Below are positions 46,686 through 53,102 of a stretch of 53,102 bases of DNA, piece after piece. The translations under genes and the position numbers were made by a program. The stretch comes from Trypethelium eluteriae (lineage: Eukaryota). The notes beneath the pieces were generated by a model, which saw nothing but the letters and a program-made list of their open reading frames with translations, did no database searches and was not told where the DNA came from. Every line of letters begins with the position of its first letter. Position 1 is the first letter of the stretch. The DNA lies in contig JAVECL010000103.1 of NCBI GenBank assembly GCA_051942245.1, positions 1 to 53,102 on the forward strand, in the 5' to 3' direction.

Positions 46686-47351
46686 TCAAATCTCATCATC
46701 CTCCATTACTGAGATCTCTCCGTTGAAGTACCTTGCTATAGCATGGGCACATCTTCGAAAGCAGGGCCCATGGTATTCCCTGTGGCCGCCTTCCTCATCG
46801 CTGCCACCGGTCCGGATCATCAGATACGCGTGCAACATCTCATGTATTAGATGTCCCAGGAGCGTCAGGAGGGTCGTGTGTTTGCGTCTAATGGAATTCC
46901 AGTATAATTTCATTCTGATCCGAGGTCTGACGACCGGCAATGGTCCCTTGGTTTCGGCGATGTCGCCACTTGGTGATTGCTCCTCCCACCTAAGGTAAAC
47001 TCTGTGGTATAGCACACCCTCGAAGAACATGATATCCAAGTCGTTGAACACCCTGAAGATGATGTCTGGATTCCAGGAAATGCAATAGCCAAAGTTCCAA
47101 AGGAGCTGATGGATCCGCGAGGACGTATCATCAAAAGATACCTGGACATATTTGCGGAGCCATCTCTTGTTGTTCATTTTGGCCAGGAATTCCTCTGTCG
47201 CTTCTCTGAGTGGTTTCCGACGTAATGGAAGTGGTCTGAATGCCTTCATACCTCGTTGCAGATGCCGATTTTGCAAGATCTCGAGCTCTGACTGTAGTAT
47301 TGGGTATGGCATGCCGCCGAGAGCAGAAGTGTGAAATGGGATTGCCGGCAT
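46686..47351 (-). CDS. SprT-like zinc metalloprotease (HExxH), 221 aa; tandem paralog
   Basis: VFNDLDIMFFEGVL, RVYLRW, HLIHEMLHAYL, YHGPCFRRCA; N-terminus YPI...ELE.LQN is shared with the neighbouring gene. Confidence 0.75.
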   Translation of the reverse strand: MPAIPFHTSALGGMPYPILQSELEILQNRHLQRGMKAFRPLPLRRKPLREATEEFLAKMNNKRWLRKYVQVSFDDTSSRIHQLLWNFGYCISWNPDIIFRVFNDLDIMFFEGVLYHRVYLRWEEQSPSGDIAETKGPLPVVRPRIRMKLYWNSIRRKHTTLLTLLGHLIHEMLHAYLMIRTGGSDEEGGHREYHGPCFRRCAHAIARYFNGEISVMEDDEI

Positions 47352-48106
47352 CTTATTGCAGAACCAATCAGGCTCCTTTATTCTTCGTATACTTCAACCC
47401 GTCCAAATGCTTTGCTCACTCACGAAAATGTATGGCCTGGCTGGAGAGTCATTGAATTAGCTGAAGGTGTCAGGCGATACGGGCTCAAACATGTCAACAT
47501 TAAGCGGCACAGGTTTATACCCCTGACAAAGATTTCATTGGTGTACTGATGCTCTTTGTCGCATTCACTGTTCGTTTCACGGGTATGCAGGAATTAGCTT
47601 CTTGATCAAGTCCGCTATTCGACACCACAACAGAAGAGGCTGGGCTTCGGAGTTTGGCTCGGGAGTTTGGTCGGGCTTTCGGCTCGGGCATTCGAGTCGC
47701 GAACGTCCACAGGTGAATGTCCTACTTCGCGCTCGCAAGATTGTAATTCAAGCTGGATTGAGTGGGAATACTTCATTCGATTGTACCATGTTGGTGGTGA
47801 GAAAATAAAGCCGGTATCAATAGGATCACGCTATCAAAAATCCATATCACCCTCGTTAGGTGCCCATGGAAAGGCGCAACTGGGTGGGAGTTGGCCCTTT
47901 GTGCTACGAGCATTTTGAGATCCTCCGTGATAAGAAATGGTCAACGCCAAATCGGTAGTAAGTGCTAAAAAGGGCTTTGTCGATTTGAAATATTCCACAT
48001 GGCTTGGTACTCCGTGGAAGCTGAGATATCCTTGCTCGGGGAAAGATTTCAACAGCGGCTATTTGACGGCAGGTGAAGCGAAATGGCTGTATCTGTCAAG
48101 TGTTGA

Positions 48107-48700
48107 CTAGAGGAAACCTTGGCCATCTTTACTGCCCTTGAGGAATTTTGAACCGGGTATTCTATCGGTAAGTCCTGGAACGGCATTTTCTAGATAAATC
48201 TGGTGCCCTCGGCCGACCCAGTCTCCGCCAATTCCCCCATGACGCTCAAATTTGACGCCATGTTCAGTCGTTTGCTCGGAACCTGGTACTTTACCACCAA
48301 TCAGGCACTCTTCGTCCAGAGTCCCGAGGTAGATATCAGTTTCCTCAGGCTTGTCTTTGTAATTGAATGTTAATGAGCACCCGCAGGAAGAACAAAAGGA
48401 TCGAGAGACATTGCTGGATGAGTCGTACGCCTTGTAAGACGATGAAGCCGCTAAGGGAGGCTCTATCTCTGAAGTACGCACTGTCCAAAGCCATGAGACC
48501 AAAGACCCTGAAGATTTCCGACACATGGTGCATTGGCAACTTTGAATCTTTGAGAGCGGTCACGATAGAGTTCCTCGGCAATGATATGTAAGATGACTTA
48601 CTAATTCGGTCGGCCAGTCATCAGTTTGCGAAATATTGAGAGTATATCTAATGGCTCGGCATAAGCAGCCTCCGGTAAGGGAAGAGGGGCGAAACGACAT
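48107..48700 (-). CDS. GFA / CENP-V family Zn-binding protein
   Basis: join(48700..48602,48547..48107). LTGGCLCRAIRY, CQCTMCRKSSG, RSFCSSCGCSL, LGTLDE. Confidence 0.88.
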
Positions 48701-49279
48701 GGTGTGGTTGATTCTGGAAGGGACAGTTCGAGTGTTAAACTTTGACAGCCTCCGGATGGATTGGCGAAATCTGAATTCTCAAAGTTATCGATTGCTAATC
48801 GTGATTATATGGGTTGTCGAGATAGACTATCTACCTATACTGGTGTACTCAAAGATTATGAGTCAGGCAGATCGTCAGCCCCAACATGTAGCTAAAGTAG
48901 CAGGCACCGGTATCTAACCTACCTAGGTTAGTCAGATCAATGCCCTACTAAGACACCTCACTTCATGCGGTAATATCACGTGATCATCAAGAACGTGCGT
49001 CTCGGTCGACGGAGCAAATGCGGAGCAGGCGCAACCTCCGCTGCCGACATCATCCAAACTGTTCCTTGGCTCGTGGCACCAAGCGATTGATTCATCCATT
49101 TATTCTGCCTGTCTCTTTTGCCATCACCCACGCAAGTCCTGTACGAAGATGCTGAAGCCAACAGTACCGTTTGGTCTCGCCTTGTCTTCACTCTGAAGGG
49201 ATGCCGCTTCTTCTAAACTCCCCGTGGTAGCTGCGGTTTGCCAACAACGGACCCCACGCTTGTTTACTTCTCTTCATCA

Positions 49280-52193
49280 ATGGCGGATCTCACCATGGAG
49301 CAAATACGGACAGCAGTTTCCAATACTTCCTTCGTACCTTCAGCAATGGACCTTCTTCTTGCGGCTCCGCGCCTTGCTCAAAGAGCCGGCTCCTTCGCCC
49401 TATTCACCGTACCCGAACGTATCGATAATTTCTTTGGTAAGCTACGAAGTGAAGGGCCCTTTATTGCAGAGGCGACGATGGCAGAGCTCTTGAATGCTTC
49501 TGGCACCATAACATCTCCCGAGACACTGGGAAAAGCAAGTTCGTCACCACAACCGTCAGCAAATGCAACGGTCGCAAGCAAACCAGTCACCGCTAGCAAC
49601 CCTTTCAGTTTCGATAGTGTTCGAAATCTTGGGGGCATGTTCACATACATGACCTCCAAGTGGGCATTGGCTGTTTTCGCGATAGTGAGTGCAGCCGCAA
49701 TCTGCACCCCGAAAACCTAAGCTAACCACATTAATCCAGGCCATAATACTCAATCGCACACAATTCTATGCTTCATCACGAACCCCGCTTCGCCTTCGAT
49801 GGTCGATTCGTCTCCTACTATATATCATTCCCATAACCGTATTCGTCAATCAGATAGAATCCGTTCTTCAGTCAATCAAGTGTCAAACATCACCCGATTT
49901 CGCTCTTCTACGATACCATGACCCAAGGAAATCTGTTTCCGACGAACTTGCCGGGACTGGAGGATTTCTTTACTACTTCAGCTCAGCACTTCTATTCTGG
50001 AAAGACGATGCTGCTTGCTGTTCAGCAATGCGTATGATACCCACGGATACCAATCCAAGCGGTCCTATGACCGGTTCACTTTCTTTACTATGGCCCCTTC
50101 TTCTATCTTTTTGCGTTGGGCAGTTCTTCGATACTTTGGCATGTGCCTTGCAGGGTCGCCAACAAATGCCGGAAGTCGGGATGACTATCTTCGAGCATTC
50201 TTTGGCATTTGCGGAGACAGAGACTCTGGTCAGCAGTTCGGCCAGTCTGGGCATAATGAATTCACCAGATTCAGGCAACTCCCAGGCTTTCTCTCCGAAC
50301 ATACTCAAGCGCTCTGCAATGATCAAGACCTGGAATGCACCTCCAGAGGTGTTACTCATTGCGCTAATTTCGTGCTTCAGTCACCTCAGTAGTAATGTCC
50401 TTGCTGTGCTTGGACTGAGGGCCAGAATACGTTTGTTCAATACAGCATTCTGGGCATTCTGTTATATGGCAACATTCACCTGGAGTCTCTCCAAGGTGTT
50501 TCTCATGTCCTCGAACTCGTTTGCTCAGCTGGGTCTTCCGGGATTGCCAACGGCATGCATCGTTGGGTTCATCCCTCATCTACTCGTTATCCTCGGCATA
50601 TCCATCTGTTCTTTCATTTACGCTCTTGCTTTCGTAGTAACACTGCTATCACCTCCAAGGAGAGCCTCATCGCCTCTAAGCCTGAGAGAAAGGTTCGCAC
50701 TGGCTTATGACAACCTTCAAGCCAATGTACACCTATCTTTAGGAGCGCCGATCAGAATTAATTGGCAAGAAGACTTCTATACCAGCTTACTCAAGATTGG
50801 CTTCAGCATCCTCACCTCTGCCAGTGAGGCTGTGTACCTGAACGAGGGTCAAGGCATTCGTGTCGGAAGAATGAGTTGGCTTGAGCAGAAAAGGTTCGGA
50901 GAGGTTCTCCAGCGGAAGGCTCTTGTTAAACGTTCCGTGGAGTCTGTACCCCCAGAATTGACCGACGACTTGATTCCACGGGCCGGTAACAAGCGGCCAA
51001 GATATTCGGCAGGTTATGCCCGCGAAAGAAAGGCACGCAATAGAAAAGATACAAATCAGATTCCTGTCTCTGCCACGTTTGATAATGGCGTCGGCTTGAA
51101 CCAACGTCGTGGACGGTGGACAATGAGCTTCGACTTTATCAAGGGCATTTTTTGGCTCCTTGGTGGAGTATTTGCGAACTTGCTCCACCTATCGCTCCGC
51201 AAAATCGGTATTCAATATCGACCTCAGTGGATGATGCGACTTCGGCACGGGGGTATCCAGCCTCCAAATCGCCCCCAAAAATCCGCGACGGTTACGAACG
51301 CAAATGCGGTAGACACCTATTTCATTTCGCAAGATGGCGAGCGAACGCTACTTGAGAATGATAGATTTGATATGGAGGAGCTGATGCGAAAGCGTATGCA
51401 AGATATAGCAGCAGCACGAAAGCTGCCACTTATGAGCGAAGAAAGCCTCGACGATCAGTTGTACTCTTGGTGGCTCTCAGGCGTGACATGTGGAGAACTA
51501 GATTCAAGTGGAGATTATGTGGCTCAATCGCAAGAGCTGGAAGATGATCTAACAAGCGTGATCTCTACCGAAACGGGCGCTAATAGTGAAGATGAAGGAA
51601 GCGATAATGATGATGGACGAGCTACGCCCACACGCGATCGTCCATTTTTCGATCCTGAAGTGGGTGACAGCGAGGAACCGCTAAACGCAGTTCGTTTGGC
51701 TCAGCTACTGGATCCAAAAAGCCCCGAAGAAGCCATGGAAGCACGCATACTCGCTCGCCATTTACGTAGTGAACGACCTCTCACACGGTCACAATTCCAA
51801 CGCAGTGTCGAACATGATCGCCGCCAGGTCTTGCTGACAGCCCTTCCCACATCCGTCAGTCGCCTCATGTCGCAGAGCCCGAGTTCTGAGGAAGAAGAGT
51901 TTGTGCTTGAAGCATTCATCCTTGATCAACGACGAACGAAGCGGAGAGCTTCACAAGGAGGGCCAAGCGTTGCCCAAGGCGCAGGTTCATGGACAACTGG
52001 TGCGGCAGGCATGGGATCAAGTGGTCCACAATGTGTCGTATGCCAGTCGAGCCCGCGGACCGTCCTCGTCTGGCCGTGCGGTTGCTTGAGTCTATGCGAT
52101 GACTGCAGGGTCGGACTTGCCATGAGGAACTTTGCGGCATGCGTCTGCTGCAGAGCCGAGGTGGGTTCTTATTCACGATTATACGTTCCATGA
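49280..52193 (+). CDS. ASI3: Multi-TM RING-finger ubiquitin ligase, Asi1/Asi3-like
   Basis: join(49280..49684,49740..52193). YMTSKWA, LNRT..YAS, SIKCQTSPD, GMTIFEHSLAFAE, several TMs, C-terminal RING CVVCQSSPR..WPCGCLSLCDDCR..CVCCR. Confidence 0.85.
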
Positions 52194-52453
52194 CTGGCAT
52201 GAAGGATGCATAGATGAGGTCAGGTCGGATACAGCGTAACGCATTTAGGGCATTTCAAAGTCCCCTTTACCATAACATTGCATTGTACAATATGTAGTTC
52301 GCTTGAACGCTCGCAAATAAACGCCGTCTGCCGTGATCACTTTATTACATGCTCGTCCGTTTCCATTCATCACATTTCCATCTCATACCCACATCGACCC
52401 TCGACCCTACTTCCATTGCCACCTATCTCCCCACCATTCACATTCCCTATCCC

Positions 52454-53102
52454 TCACCCACTCTCCTCCCGCTCCAAGAACCCCGGATCCAATTCAATCC
52501 GCTTCTCGAACTTGGCCCACCAATCCCGAAACGCCTTCAACGGCACCACCTCCTCCCCAGCCACCGTATTCCCCGCAAAGCTCGCCAGGAAATTAAACGC
52601 ATTCCCAATAATCCGCTGCGCCAGCACCTTCGTGCTCACCGCATTGCTCGCCCCCGGCGCCATATTCGTCGTCGTCCGCTGCCGCACCAACGCCCCCGCC
52701 GACGCCGGATTGAACCCCGAAGTCGACGGATTCGCCGTCTTCAGCGACGCAACCTGCGCCTCGATATTCGCCGCCGGCTCGATCGACAGGCCAACCGTGA
52801 GCGTGCCTGCACCCTCACCACCACCTTGTCCAGCGCCCACCGCCGCAGTCGGCGCCGCAGCAGCATTCGGCGCTGCCCCGCCATCGTCCACCATCGCGTC
52901 TTCGTCAATCGCGCCCAGCGTGTTCTCCCCTACTATTCCCGCTCCGCCGTTCGCGATGGAGCCGCTGCTGCTGTTGTTGCTGCCGAGATTCACTTTGAAG
53001 ATGGCGCTTTCGCGGCCGGGCCCGATGGCGCCCATGAGCTTGAAGTCGCCTGCGACGGAGCTGGGCAGCTGGACGTAGATGGCGACGCCGGTGGAGGGCG
53101 GG
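52454..53102 (-). CDS. OPI10: Hikeshi/Opi10 (DUF775) family protein, 5' part outside the window
   Basis: AIYVQLP..FKLMGAIGPGRESAIFKV, VGLSIEP, KVLAQRIIGNAFNFLASF, VVPLKAFRDWWAKFEKRI..DP.FLE. Confidence 0.9.
   Translation of the reverse strand, partial: PPSTGVAIYVQLPSSVAGDFKLMGAIGPGRESAIFKVNLGSNNSSSGSIANGGAGIVGENTLGAIDEDAMVDDGGAAPNAAAAPTAAVGAGQGGGEGAGTLTVGLSIEPAANIEAQVASLKTANPSTSGFNPASAGALVRQRTTTNMAPGASNAVSTKVLAQRIIGNAFNFLASFAGNTVAGEEVVPLKAFRDWWAKFEKRIELDPGFLEREESG

Noticed and set aside
1..53102. tRNA, rRNA or intact transposase/reverse transcriptase genes
   Set aside because: None recognised by eye; tRNAscan-SE, Infernal and a repeat-library search would be needed to exclude them.

Overview
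Eukaryotic DNA from a filamentous ascomycete (Pezizomycotina-type GT..AG introns of about 45-120 nt with CTRAC-like branch sites); species cannot be determined from the sequence alone. About 1-26.7 kb is accessory-like. It holds a compact glycan-building cluster: UDP-glucose 6-dehydrogenase transcribed divergently from two PLOD/LH3-type (ESAG3-like) glycosyltransferases. One of these reads, after removing three canonical introns, as a single 904-aa fusion of a TPT-family nucleotide-sugar transporter to the glycosyltransferase; this is the best candidate for an undescribed system. The cluster lies between two same-orientation copies of a short CTGAGC-rich motif. It is followed by a pseudogene, a NACHT-ankyrin-SPRY NLR-like gene head-to-head with a degenerate RNase H-fold gene, a Cys-rich membrane protein, a GH5 mannanase and a PD-(D/E)xK nuclease-like gene with upstream repeats. 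About 27-53 kb is mostly housekeeping (YND1-like apyrase, class I glutamine amidotransferase, two MFS transporters, Nudix hydrolase, RPB8, ELP4, SEN34, GFA-family protein, ASI3-like RING ligase, partial OPI10/Hikeshi), interrupted by a TPR relic, tandem SprT-like metalloproteases and two small ORFs. Gene models were spliced by eye and family calls come from motif recognition; no database searches were run.
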